Positions 12,497 through 25,597 are shown, counted from the stretch's first letter. The stretch is DNA of 64,000 nt from Octopus sinensis (GCF_006345805.1 NC_042997.1:930001-994000), one strand, 5' to 3'. Program-made: numbers and translations. The notes: a model not told the origin generated them from the letters alone.

Positions 12497-12945
12497 GTAG
12501 ATCCCCGGGTTGAGTCGGGGTTAACCCAGTAAATAAGGTACTCAATACATAGCAGAGTAAAGTAATTTATTTTATAGAAGGAGCTTCCACAGGACTAGAA
12601 CTGTTTCATTCAGATGAAATCTTCAGGAAGCTGGCTGTCAAAAAAGTTCTGGTATATGCATTTAGGCAGATTTAATGGAGTCGTGGTGGGGGACGTTTTT
12701 TTGGGTAGGTTGGTATTTAGGAGATAACAGGGCACAAGCTATTGTTCTTAGGGGAGTGGTCAAAGGCAGAGTGTTTTTTGAAATGAGAGGAATCAGTGAG
12801 AAATAAATAAATGAATAAATAGAATAAATGAATAGAAACAGATATATGGGATGGGATTTTAGGTAAATTAGAAGACAATTGCATTTTGGTGGTCAAGAAG
12901 AGGTAGGCAGTTTGTTATTGTTAGGTGGAGGGAATAAATAGATAA
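12497..12945 (-). mobile_element. (TA)n-embedded repeat with degenerate HHR, PLE-terminal-like
   Basis: Flanked by TA/CA repeats and contains the HHR-like fold at 12582-12632. PLE assignment is inference. Confidence 0.45.
12582..12632 (-). ncRNA. Degenerate type I hammerhead motif, family 4
   Basis: AGCTTC-CTGAAGA-T TTC ATCT GAA T-GAAA-CAG TTCTAGTC CTG-TG-GAAGCT. 6-bp stem I and core intact, but the triplet is GTG (non-cleavable) and stem II closes with T-T. Confidence 0.55.
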
Positions 12946-12949
12946 ATAT

Positions 12950-13649
12950 ACATGAAAACATATAAAATAAATATACATACAAACACACATACATACACAT
13001 GCGAATATACATATGTATACATACATACGCACATATATATACATACATACACATACATACATATATATATATATATACACATACACATACATATACATAC
13101 ACCTACATACACACACACCAAGCATATATATATATAATGTTTCTCTCTCTCTATATATCTATATATATGATATATATATATATATATATATATACAAATA
13201 CACATAAGTATACATACATAAATATACCTACGCATATATAAACATATACATAATTATGCATATATAAAACACATACATAATATACATATGTACACACAAA
13301 GACACACATAAATATTAAACGCATATATAAACACATATGCACATATAAAAACATATGTATATATAAATATATATACGCATATATAAACATATATACGCAT
13401 ATAAATACATATATGCATATATAAATACACACATGCATATACATACATACACACATATACATACATGCACATACATACACATACATACATACATTCAATA
13501 CATATCTACACATATACACATATATATATACCCAACATATCTACACCATATATATATACATACATATATATACATACCACATACATATATATAAATATAC
13601 ACATGTACACACATACATATAATACATACACACAATACAAACACATTTG

Positions 13650-13701
<52 letters not shown>

Positions 13702-13824
13702 TCTATATATACACGCGTATACATACATGTGCACATATATACACATACACACATATACACGCATACACATACGTATGTACATACACATATGCGCACATAC
13801 ATATATATGCACATATATACATAC
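12950..13824. repeat. Long mosaic (TA)/(CA)/(TACA) low-complexity tract
   Basis: Direct reading; many spurious ORFs on both strands. Confidence 0.9.
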
Positions 13825-14180
13825 ATGTCCGTGGTCCTGGGGTTTATTTTGTGGAGGGCAAAAAGGCCATCATCGCGGTAGAGACCACCGGAGAGGCCTG
13901 TGAATAAGGTATTCAACCTATGGAGGATGAATAGGTCCACAAGGTCACTTATTTCAGCCGAGTCGCTAGCACCCTTGCTGACGTCGAAGGGGGTCTCGGA
14001 TTTTTTGTTGATCTAGTGGGATCCGTTATGGTAAAGAAAGGTCTTACGTGCATGGAGGATCACATCCTGCTCGGCTTCGGTGATGGTGGAGAAGGTCCTA
14101 GCGAAGTTAATCGCGTCAATCAGCAGGCTCTCCGATATAGAGGCGTAATATTCCTCGATATCTAATTGTAGGAAGCGGGT
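13825..14180 (-). pseudogene. Penelope-like reverse transcriptase fragment
   Basis: Manual translation: TRFLQLDIEEYYASISESLL...H*INKKSETPFDVSKGASDSAEISDLVDLFILHRLNTLFTGLSGGLYRDDGL. The LDI..YY.SI, FDV..G...AE and GLYRDDGL pattern fits PLE RT; one in-frame stop. Confidence 0.75.
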
Positions 14181-14198
14181 ATATATATATATATATAT

Positions 14199-14316
14199 CA
14201 GTCATTTCTACCAAAAATATTACTAATCCCACCGAATGCAATTTTTCAAAGTAAGACATTTAAAAATATAGACCTGTATCACTGTGATTTCATACTTACG
14301 TAATCATCAGCAGGCA
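14199..14316 (-). ncRNA. Isolated family 1 fragment containing the hammerhead (14270-14315)
   Basis: Matches the 226-1810 unit. Minus strand GCCTG-CTGATGA-TTAC GTAA GTAT-GAAA-TCACAGTGA-TA-CAGGTC, with one mismatch closing stem II. Confidence 0.7.
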
Positions 14317-15718
14317 TGATATATATATATATATATATTGGAATGTTTTGTGATGATGTACAGGTATTTTATATTAGAAAAAATGAGTTACTCAGAAATT
14401 CGGATGGTTTTATATTTACAGATATTTATTTGTATATTACATCATATAACTTAGATCATATATTAGAGCTTTCTCCCATTCTAGTGGGGTTTTCAAATCG
14501 AACTAAGTCCCTGTGAACTTATATACATACATATATATATATATATGTTTGTATTTATTTATATATGTATATATATTATATATATATTATATATATATAT
14601 ATAAAATTTTGTGACAATAATTCTCTTCGAGAGATGGTTTGTGGATTTTCCACCTCGGCATCGGAAACTCAAAGTTGTATCTTGGCTATTGAATAATTGT
14701 CACATATTTTTTACAGTTAAATTTCCTCTATTTACATAATATTGAGGTCTCTTTCCTTTCTTTTGTTATCTTTTACCGTTTTTATTTTACCAATATATAT
14801 ATTATATATATATATATAAATATAATATGCAACAAAGAAGATCAGGGAAAACTGCGTGTAGTAAACCCTAATGCAAGTGCTCCTACCAGCACCAATAGCC
14901 AAAGCCAAAACCATGGAGATGAAAGAGCCAAAAAAGAAATAAATAGAGGAAAAACTAAGAGAAAAACAAAAGATGAAACGGCCAAAGAAGGAAAAACTAA
15001 AACTCAAACAAAACCAAAAGATGAAACACTCAAGGATAGAAGCAAACCTGACTATCCATGTACCAAAAAAGATAGAAACAGACAGCGCACACGAATGTGT
15101 AAATTCCACCTGAAAGGTGTCTGCTGGCACGGAGAAGAAGGTGCAGGCTGCTGTTTGGCACATCAAAGACCCTGCCACATACACGAAACAGGTCGAAAAC
15201 CAACTACCAAAAGGAAAGGAATGGACCACGCACCACCTGCCCCCAAACGGAGGTACGCAGATGTGGTGCGTGCTACAAACGCCACGTTATTGAAGGGAAC
15301 AGCTGCTGAACAAGAATCCTTTTTGTGCATGGCACACAAGATTGTACAGCAGCTAACCTGGCTCCATCAAACTCAAATTCGCAGATGGGACTATCCACAA
15401 TACACAAGACCGCCACAGCAAATAGACCCAAGGTGGACACCGCCGGCAACAGTATACGCCTCACCCCGATGCTCCTACTGAACATCAGAGGACTGCTAAC
15501 ACTCAGTAATAGGACACAAATCCCGTTCTTGAGAGACTTTGTTGCATACAATCAAGCCTTATGCATAGCACTTACGGAAACACACCTGAAACCGGACATA
15601 GCAGATACCACAGTATGTTTGTACTACGGACCGACAGAAAAGAAAGGAGTCATGGAGAAGTTGCTATGTACATCGTGAGGACCACACACGCCAGGTCCTT
15701 TTGTCATACTAAAATTCG

Positions 15719-16300
15719 GTGTGTGACACACTAATTGTACATATAAGGCAACTTGGTGTAGTTATATGTGCTACATATCGCCCTCCAGATGCCCCAAGCC
15801 ATGTAGGCAAGTTTGAAGACTGCCTTATAAAAATAGAAGAAGTTCTAGTCACATTAGAACAACACATAAATGTACTTCTTATGGGAGACATCAATCTACT
15901 CAATGTCACATGGCCCGAGGGCCTTTCTCTCCCAGGAATGACACGATGTGAACGAGGACAGGCGAGGTCCCTCCTGAACCTCATCAACACTCTGTACATG
16001 GAGCAAGTAATACTCCAACCAGCCAGGGCAGGTAACATACTGGATCTCTGCTTCACAAATAATATGGATCTCATCCATAATGTGAAAGTGACGCCGACAC
16101 TACTCTCGGATCACAACATGGTAGAGCTGACCATGTACGGGCCAAAGGAAAGCATGGACATGCAGCCTACAAGCAACTCTCAGAATCTTTCCAGCTTGAA
16201 CTTCCATAAGACAAACTGGAAACAAATTGAGAAAGAGATCCTCAAACAAAACTGGCCCGAATGTCTATCCTCGCAGGACATCGACATGAAACTTCAATAA
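15719..16300 (+). pseudogene. LINE ORF2 AP-endonuclease fragment
   Basis: ORF track 193 aa with YRPP, GDINL, LDLCFTN, SDHNMV. Confidence 0.85.
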
Positions 16301-16484
16301 TTCATGTCTGTAATGCAAGCCATATGCTACAAACGTATCCCAGAGAGAAAGACCACTGTACACAAGAGCAAAATCCCCAGAGAGAGGAAAATTCTAATGA
16401 GACGGCGTACAAAAGTTTCAAATCGCCTAAACAAGCAAATTGAAAGCAGTGAAAAGTCCCGCTTGAAAATAAAACTGTTGGAAA

Positions 16485-17978
16485 TTGAAAAAATGTCTGC
16501 AACTCTCCCATGAAAAAGAAAGAACAGACAAAGAAGCCTGGGCTATAGACAACATAAAATCTAACCCCAGAGATTTCTACAGGTATGCCAAAGAAACAGC
16601 TACGGTGCACTGTAGGATAGGGCCACTCCTTGAAAAGGATGGCACACTCACAGGAAATCCAATGAGGGTAAGTGAAATACTAAATGAGCAATTCAAAAGT
16701 ATTTTCACTCCATCCCTAGGGCATTTTCAAGTCAGCAATCCAACTGACTTCTTTACCACTGCAGATATAAAATCAGAGGCAGCGATGATTGATTACATCA
16801 ATATAAAGGAAGACGATGTAATAAAGGCTATTGATGAAATGAAAACAAACTCAGCTACTGGCCCCGATGGATTCCCAGCAATCCTTCTAAAAGTATGTAA
16901 GAGAGTCCTAGCAAGACCACTGCAGTTCCTCTTTCAGAGCTTCCTTGCAACTGGCAAATTTCCAAGAAAACTGAAGGAAGGTAAAATATGCCCTATTCAT
17001 AAAGGAGGTAGCAGAGCGGAGGCCAAGCATTACAGACCTATCTCTCTGACCACACACATCAACAAGGTCATAGAACGAATAGTCAGAAGGAAACTAATCA
17101 CCTTCCTTGAAGAAAATGACTTGCTGCCTAACACCCAACATGGTTTCCGACCAGGAAGAAGCTGCTTAACTCAGCTCCTACAACACTATGACTGGGTGTT
17201 GAAACGACTGCTCAACCACTCAAATGTGGAAGTCATATATCTCGACTTTGCAAAGGCCTTTGATAAAGTCGATCATGGAATGATATGTCACAAACTGCGT
17301 GATCTTGGCATAGTTGGAAAATTGGGAGAATGGCTTCATGACTTTCTGAAGGATAGAAATCAGGTGGTAGTAGCCAATGGGGCCACTGCCATTAGCACGC
17401 AAATAGTGAGCGGTGTTCCGCAAGGCACTGTTTTGGGACCACCACTGTTCATAATGGCCCTCTCAGACATGCCCTCAGCCACGCAGAGAGCCACGATCAC
17501 AAGTTATGCAGATGACACAAAAGTTTCACAGGCAATACAGAACCCTGAAGACACTAAGCACCTGCAATGTGAGCTGGACAAAATATACAAGTGGGCTGAA
17601 AAGAATAGCATGCAGTTCAATGCTGAAAAGTTTCAAGCTTTATACTATCAGCATGCAAAAATAAATGCAATACCCAATAAATACACTGGACCTGGAGGGA
17701 TTGTAATCCCAGAGGCACAATCAGTGCGAGACCTGGGTATTTACATGAGTGATGATGCACCCTTTCATGTGCATGTTGCTAAATTGGCAATGAAATGTAG
17801 GCGGCTGACCGGATGGATTCTTAGAACCTTTAGAACAAGAGACCAGGAAACCATGATGGTCCTCTGGAGGACACTTGTCATAAGCCACTTTGACTATTGC
17901 TCTCAGCTATGGTCACCATCCAGTGTCAAGTTAATCACAGAACTTGAGGCGAACAACGAAGCTACACGACGAAGATAG
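16485..17978 (+). pseudogene. LINE ORF2 reverse transcriptase fragment
   Basis: ORF track 497 aa with the full non-LTR RT motif set; frameshifted at both ends. Confidence 0.9.
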
Positions 17979-18519
17979 CCTCTGTGCAGCATATAAGCTA
18001 TTGGGAAAGACTCAAGAGATTGAGACTCTATTCCTTAGAGCGTAGGCGAGAAAGATATGCCATAATATACATCTAGAAGATCCTAGAAGGACTTGTTCCA
18101 AACTTTGGCATCGAGAGTTATACAAATGCCAGAACTGGGCGCCACTGCATAGTGCCAAGGACTCCAAATTTGCCATCAATATGTAGGACAAGATACTGTG
18201 ATAGCCTGGGCTTCCGAGGCCCACAGCTCTTCAGTACCCTCCCGAAGAACCTAAGAGACCTGCATGGGGTGGATGCAGATGTCTTTAAAATGAAACTGGA
18301 TCTCTTCTTGTCAGGTATCCCAGATGAACCAACTTCACGGCAGGAGGTGCAGATGAGGGCAGCTGCATCGAACTCTCTTATGCACCAGATGGCATTTGCT
18401 AAAATGCATTCGTGAAGTAAAATCATGTAGCAAACCAAATGGCGCTACCCCAGTATGGTCACAGCTTGTGAGCTGAAACTAAATAAATAAATATATATAT
18501 ATATATATAATTATATATA

Positions 18520-18634
<115 letters not shown>

Positions 18635-18851
18635 AATTTAGGGTAGCAAAAAAATTCAATAGAAATTTATCGCAACCAGCGGCCTGGTGAAAAAGAGAAA
18701 ATAGTCATCGACTAAATATATAAATATAACGATTTAGGAGTGACCCCAACAGGTCACTCGTCCACCAGAAAGAGCAGCCATAACTCACACCGCCAAGTAT
18801 TAGTAATTAAGAAATTAGGTGAAAATTTAAAAACATTTACCCTAATTCATC

Positions 18852-18951
18852 CTTTTAGACGTTGCAACGTTTCTGTGTCATTAATGATTAAATTAGCTTA
18901 ATTAAATTAAATTAAGCCAATCTACCATAGGTTACACTTCATCAGTAAAAG
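18852..18951 (-). ncRNA. Type I hammerhead ribozyme motif, family 2
   Basis: Reverse complement of the fold described at 20744-20843. Confidence 0.75.
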
Positions 18952-19326
18952 ACCTGGGAGAGACAAATATACACGAGGCGTCTGTATTGATGCCTACGGG
19001 ATATCTGACTTAAAATTTTCAAGACTGACGTATTCGCGCCAAACTTATCCACAGTAAATATAAACTGCCGATTCAATCTCAGAATTATTCAGAAAATTAT
19101 CAATTAGTCAATTTAGGGTAGCAAAAAAATTCAATAGAAATTTATCGCAACCAGCGGCCTGGTGAAAAAGAGAAAATAGTCATCGACTAAATATATAAAT
19201 ATAACGAGTTAGGAGTGACCCCAACAGGTCACTCCTCCACCAGAAAGAGCAGCCATAACTCACACCGCCAAGTATTAGTAATTAAGAAATTAGGTGAAAA
19301 TTTAAAAACATTTACCCTAATTCATC

Positions 19327-19424
19327 CTTTTAGACGTTGCAACGTTTCTGTGTCATTAATGATTAAATTAGCTTAATTAAATTAATTAAGCAATCTACCA
19401 TAGGTTACACTTCATCAGTAAAAG
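19327..19424 (-). ncRNA. Type I hammerhead ribozyme motif, family 2
   Basis: Same fold, with small deletions confined to the stem II insert. Confidence 0.75.
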
Positions 19425-19798
19425 ACCTGGGAGAGACAAATATACACGAGGCGTCTGTATTGATGCCTACGGGATATCTGACTTAAAATTTTCAAGACTG
19501 ACGTATTCGCGCCAAACTTATCAACAGCAAATATAAACTGCCGATTCAATCTCAGAATTATTCAGAAAATTATCAATTATCAATTTAGGGTAGCAAAAAA
19601 ATTCAATAGAAATTTATCGCAACCAGCGGCCTGGTGAAAAAGAGAAAATAGTCATCGACTAAATATATAAATATAACGATTTAGGAGTGACCCCAACAGG
19701 TCACTCGTCCACCAGAAAGAGCAGCCATAACTCACACCGCCAAGTATTAGTAATTAAGAAATTAGGTGAAAATTTAAAAACATTTACCCTAATTCATC

Positions 19799-19898
19799 CT
19801 TTTAGACGTTGCAACGTTTCTGTGTCATTAATGATTAAATTAGCTTAATTAAATTAAATTAAGCCAATCTACCATAGGTTACACTTCATCAGTAAAAA
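19799..19898 (-). ncRNA. Type I hammerhead ribozyme motif, family 2
   Basis: Same fold; the outer stem I C is replaced by T (G-U possible). Confidence 0.7.
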
Positions 19899-20270
19899 AC
19901 CTGGGAGAGACAAATATACACGAGGCGTCTGTATTGATGCCTACGGGATATCTGACTTAAAATTTTCAAGACTGACGTATTCGCGCCAAATCGTTATATT
20001 TATATATTTATATATTTATATATTTATATATTTAGTCGATGACTATTTTCTCTTTTTCACCAGGCCGCTGGTTGCGATAAATTTCTATTGAATTTTTTTG
20101 CTACCCTAAATTGACTAATTGATAATTTTCTGAATAATTCTGAGATTGAATCGGCAGTTTATATTTACTGTTGATAAGTTTGGCGCGAATACGTCAGTCT
20201 TGAAAATTTTAAGTCAGATATCCCGTAGGCATCAATACAGACGCCTCGTGTATATTTGTCTCTCCCAGGT

Positions 20271-20368
20271 CTTTTACTGATGAAGTGTACCTATGGTAGA
20301 TTGGCTTAATTTATTTAATTAAGCTAATTTAATCATTAATGACACAGAAACGTTGCAACGTCTAAAAG
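20271..20368 (+). ncRNA. Type I hammerhead ribozyme motif, family 2
   Basis: CTTTTA-CTGATGA-(long stem II)-GAAA-CGTTGCAACG-TC-TAAAAG; GTC triplet ends at 20362. Confidence 0.78.
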
Positions 20369-20743
20369 GATGAATTAGGGTAAATGTTTTTAAATTTTCA
20401 CCTAATTTCTTAATTACTAATACTTGGCGGTGTGAGTTATGGCTGCTCTTTCTGGTGGACGAGTGACCTGTTGGGGTCACTCCTAAATCGTTATATTTAT
20501 ATATTTAGTCGATGACTATTTTCTCTTTTTCACCAGGCCGCTGGTTGCGATAAATTTCTATTGAATTTTTTTGCTACACTAAATTGACTAATTGATAATT
20601 TTCTGAATAATTCTGAGATTGAATCGGCAGTTTATATTTACTGTTGATAAGTTTGGCGCGAATACGTCAGTCTTGAAAATTTTAAGTCAGATATCCCGTA
20701 GGCATCAATACAGACGCCTCGTGTATATTTGTCTCTCCCAGGT

Positions 20744-20843
20744 CTTTTACTGATGAAGTGTAACCTATGGTAGATTGGCTTAATTTAATTTAATTAAGCT
20801 AATTTAATCATTAATGACACAGAAACGTTGCAACGTCTAAAAG
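20744..20843 (+). ncRNA. Type I hammerhead ribozyme motif, family 2
   Basis: CTTTTA/TAAAAG stem I, CTGATGA, 65-nt stem II domain (GTGT/ACAC base, A-A closing mismatch), GAAA, palindromic stem III ACGTTGCAACGT, GTC triplet ending 20837. Confidence 0.78.
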
Positions 20844-21010
20844 GATGAATTAGGGTAAATGTTTTTAAATTTTCACCTAATTTCTTAATTACTAATACTT
20901 GGCGGTGTGAGTTATGGCTGCTCTTTCTGGTGGACGAGTGACCTGTTGGGGTCACTCCTAAATCGTTATATATATATATATATTATATATATATCTATAT
21001 ATATATATAT

Positions 21011-21056
<46 letters not shown>

Positions 21057-21059
<3 letters not shown>

Positions 21060-21312
21060 GCGATGCGTTGTGTCCTTGAGCAAGGCACTTTATTTCACGT
21101 TGATCCAGTTCACTCAGCTGGCAAAAATGAGTTGTACCTGTATTACAAAGGGCCGGCCTTCTCACACTCTGTGTCACGCTGAATCTCCCTGATAATTACG
21201 TTACGGCTACGCGTGTCTGTGGATTGCTCAGTCATTTGCACGTTAATTTCACGAAGCTGTTCCGTTGATCGTATCAGCTGGGACCCTCATCGTTGTAACC
21301 GACGGAGTGCTC
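21057..21312 (+). mobile_element. SINE body lacking its head (family also at 40918)
   Basis: TTGTGTCCTTGAGCAAGGCACTTTATTTCAC...CACTCAGCTGG shared with 40918-41200. Confidence 0.7.
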
Positions 21313-21319
21313 CTATATA

Positions 21320-21399
<80 letters not shown>

Positions 21400-21907
21400 A
21401 TATATATGTATATCTATATAATTGTAGATATAATTTATTTTGGGGTTAATAAGGCAACCAATTGTTTTATGTGAGATCACAATTGTTCAAGTGTGAGGAT
21501 GCATTCTTACTGTTATATATTAGTATGTATCTCCCTCTCTCCCCCTCCCCCCTCTCTGTCTACAAACAAACATAATAGTACTAATTTTCGGATAGAATTT
21601 ATTAACATTTAATGCATCGATCGCTACACGCGTTTCCACAAACTATATGTCTCTTAAGATTATAGTCCGGATTCCTGGGATGATTACAGTATACTTCATA
21701 ATATCCGTGGATATCCGATTGATCCTCTTCATGGATTCATTTCTTCTGGCAATATCATATTAATTGACGTACAACAGAGGGATCTTTATCCTAGTTTTAT
21801 TATATTTATCCTATATTATATCGGTGCAACCACGAAAAACTGATTTGCCAGTCAGCGTCATTAGAAAGTGTCCAGCATGATAGAATAGGAGCTTCATTTG
21901 CATGTTC

Positions 21908-21942
<35 letters not shown>

Positions 21943-21991
21943 ATACATATATATGTATATATACATATATGAGATATATATATATATATAT

Positions 21992-22031
<40 letters not shown>

Positions 22032-22049
22032 AAGGAATAGGGAGAGATG

Positions 22050-22093
<44 letters not shown>

Positions 22094-22669
22094 TGCGTAT
22101 TTGTGTAACGTAAAGAAATTCAGGCTTATCAAAATATTTGGCGTTATTATTACAAAATGACGATTCACGCTAGCTCCACGTGAGAAGAGGAGACAATCTT
22201 TAGGATTCTCAAGAGCTGACATACCATCAAGAAAAAGATCAAGATTTTGTGTATGTATATATGCAATAATATATCTACTATAAAATAATAAAGCTTAATT
22301 TTCAGGGCTCCTAATACCAAAGAGCTGCAACGTTATTTCACTGAATAAATTTTTCTGCATCTTCAAATTTGGTAGTATTTATATTCATCTTCATGAATAT
22401 GTTGTTTTGAAGTCTGGATTTTACTTTTTATTTTATCAAGCCAAAGAAGTAAAATAAATAAACATGTAAAAATGTACTCACACCAAAGGAAACCAAATTC
22501 TCTAAGGACACACATACAGAGCTGGGAATAACAAAAGTGGTTGATAACAAAAACAAAGTAACGAAAGCAACAACAAAGCAAAAAAAGCCAAGATTTCTAA
22601 AAATGCAGTAAAAAATTTAACCTCTATTCCTCTCTTGCTGTTCCACTATATACATGCTCAATTTGAATA

Positions 22670-22884
<215 letters not shown>

Positions 22885-22920
22885 TAGACGCAAGTCATAA
22901 TTTTTAAATTTGCGTATATA

Positions 22921-24189
22921 CGAGGGGCGTTCAATAAGTAATGCCCCTGACCCACTTGCAGTAGTTTGATCTATCTGAAATTTTGCATGTCTACTTATGT
23001 ATACCTCTATGGATAAAGTAGCGAATTAAAGCTCTGAACTAATTGTGGTTTCCGATTTACAGATGTTTGAACTGAGTCAAGTGTGAAATGGAGCCTGTTG
23101 AGTGTCGAGCAGTGATCTGGTTTTTGTATTTGAAAGGACGCACACCACGGGAGACTTTTGATGAAATGAAAGTAACTTATGGTGATTATGCCCCATCATA
23201 TGACCTTGTAAAACGCTGGCATTGTGAATTCAAACATAGTCGGAACTCTGTGGAAACAGCTCCCAGATCTGGTCGCCCCCTTCTGCCGTTGATGAGACGT
23301 CTGTCCGTCAAGTTGAGGCTGCCATTTTGGAAGGTCAACGCATAACTATTCGCCAAATAGCCCATAAGGTCAAGATTAGTACCGGGTCTGTGGAAACTAT
23401 CATTCATGACCATTTGCATATGCAAAAGGTGTCTGCCAGATGGATTTCCAGGTTGCTCACACCTTTCCAGAAGCAAGAACGCGTTGAGTGCTCGAGGATG
23501 AATTTGGAGTGTGCCAAGAAGATGAGTCAAAATTTTTCAAAAGAGTGATCACACAGGATAAAACCTGGGTCCATCACTATGATCCATAGACCAAAGCCCA
23601 GTCAATGCAGTGAAAGCACCATGACTCACCTCCTCCAAAGAAGGCAAGGGTGCAGCCCTCCGCTGACAAGGTTATGCTCACAGTCTTCTGGGACCAGGGC
23701 GGAGTAGTGATGACAGATTTCCTGGCAAAGTGTACCACAATTACAGGAGCCTATTATGCTCCACTTTTGAGGAAATTAAAAGAAGCTATCAAAATCAAGA
23801 GGCGGGGCAAGATCAGCAAAGGCATCCTCCTCCTGCAGGACAACGCTCCGGTCCACAACTCGCGTGTCGCCAGATCAGAAGCACAGGCGTGCAGCTATGA
23901 ACTCCTCCCCTTGCACCCTCTGATTTTCACCTCTTCCCAGCCATGAAGTTGATTTTGAAAGGAAAGCGTTTCCCAGATGATGCAGCCTTGATTTCTGAAG
24001 TCACGTCGTGATTGGAGGACCAAGCTGGGGTCTTCTACAAAAACGGTATCCAGAGATGTATCAAACCATGGGAGAAATGCATAACTCTGAGTAGTTCCTA
24101 TGTAGGAAAAGACTAATAACTGTGCCAAGTGTCGTTGCTCTACTCCTATGGGAAGTGGGTCAGGGGCATTACTTATTGAACGCCCCTCG
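22921..24189 (+). mobile_element. mariner (Tc1/mariner) DNA transposon, decayed
   Basis: TIRs CGAGGGGCGTTCAATAAGTAATGCCCCTGACCCACTT at both ends; TA duplication at 22919-20 and 24190-91. Transposase pieces RSGRP, WISRLLT, LLQDNA.H; frameshifts and stops. Confidence 0.92.
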
Positions 24190-24930
24190 TACCTTGTTGT
24201 ATAACGTTTAAATCCCCTTCACTTTATTCGGCTACCTGGTGTCATCATTCCTTTGTGCCCGCAAAAGTTATAATATATCAGATAAGGAGAAAAAAAAGGG
24301 AATTCATGAGATTCTTTAACAATCACTATGATCGTTTCGATCCATCGTGCATTGGTCCCTCACGGTTAAGATGCTGTACACATACTCGTGTTGCATCATT
24401 CGGGTCGGTGCAGACGTGCCTCGTGAGTTGACTTGTCAAAGTATACCTCCTTTAATTTCCGTTTCGCTTATTTCTATCTGATTGCATTCTATGCCCCCAC
24501 GCACATGCTTACGCACATGTGTGTGAATACACATACACAAACATATACATGAATGTGTATGTGCTTGCATGTGAGTATGTCAAAATATGTACACATGTCT
24601 ATTGTTGTGTACCTGTATACTGGTTTGTCTGTGCGGGAGTGTCTATGTATTTGTCGGTGGGTACCGTTGTTCATGCACCTATGTGTGTGCGAACAAGTGA
24701 GGATGTATATGTACACGACTATACGTGTCCGAATCGGTATTTGTGGGTGTATGAAGCTGTTGATATCAAATCATAAATCAACACCTGATTGGCGTGATAA
24801 CAATCACAAACGAATAGCGGCTGGAGTCTGAAGAGTCTGTAAATATAGACATTGGTCCGTCAGCGGTTATCTGTGTGATTGAAGTAAAATGAGTGAATGT
24901 GACGTATGTGTGCATGTACATATGGGTGTG

Positions 24931-24971
<41 letters not shown>

Positions 24972-25356
24972 CTCATAAAATTCAATAGTCTCTAAGGAGC
25001 AGTTTGAATGCCCAATTCTGCTTTGTTTTTTTTTTTTGTGTTTCGCTTTTCGTTCCATCCGTGTTGTTTAATTCGGCTATGATCTTAATTTACGTAAAAG
25101 AAAAGTCACATGACGAGGCAGGCCAGCCAGCACCGAATGATGTACCGTGACACCTTTTCACTCGCAAGGGATCGATGGATGATGGCTCTAAACGATCGTA
25201 GGGATTAATAAAAATCTCATAAATTCCATTTTCTTACTCTTTATCTCATATCTTATATACACCTATGCATAGAAAGAGCAAGAGAGACTGAGAAGCCTTC
25301 TGATAAGTTGGAATAACTGGTCATCTCTGTAAACCATGCTATCATCACCGTATTGA

Positions 25357-25360
25357 GTTC

Positions 25361-25402
<42 letters not shown>

Positions 25403-25403
25403 G

Positions 25404-25442
<39 letters not shown>

Positions 25443-25544
25443 TATTATTATTATTATTATATATTATTATTATTATTATATATTATTATTATTATTATAT
25501 ATTATTATTATTATTATATATTATTATTATCATTATTATTATTA

Positions 25545-25596
<52 letters not shown>
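25357..25596. repeat. (ATT)n microsatellite at the 3' flank of an R4/Dong-like element
   Basis: Direct reading. Confidence 0.9.

Positions 25597-25597
<1 letters not shown>

Larger units (their letters stand above)
14830..18490 (+). mobile_element. CR1-group non-LTR retrotransposon, near full length, inactivated
   Basis: ORF1 remnant with CCCH finger. APE motifs (NIRGL, TETHL, GDINL, LDLCFTN, SDHNMV) and RT motifs (HGFRPGRSC, YLDFAKAFDKVDH, GVPQGTVLGP, YADDTK). Several frameshifts/stops. 3' stem-loop plus (TAAA)n tail. Confidence 0.9.

Noticed and set aside
12868-13940. Dense cluster of overlapping ORFs (YIYI/HTHT/VCVC)
   Set aside because: Artefact of stop-free dinucleotide repeats; the same applies to similar ORFs throughout the window.
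14608-14705. ~100-bp inverted-ended block (TGTGACAAT...ATTGTCACA) with GAAACTCAAAGTT
   Set aside because: No CTGANGA core or stem I, so it is not called a ribozyme; left as an unclassified hairpin repeat.
21625-21705. Minus-strand GAAA-CGCG-TG resembling the family 3 stem III
   Set aside because: The triplet is GTG, the upstream core reads CCCAGGA and stem I does not pair.
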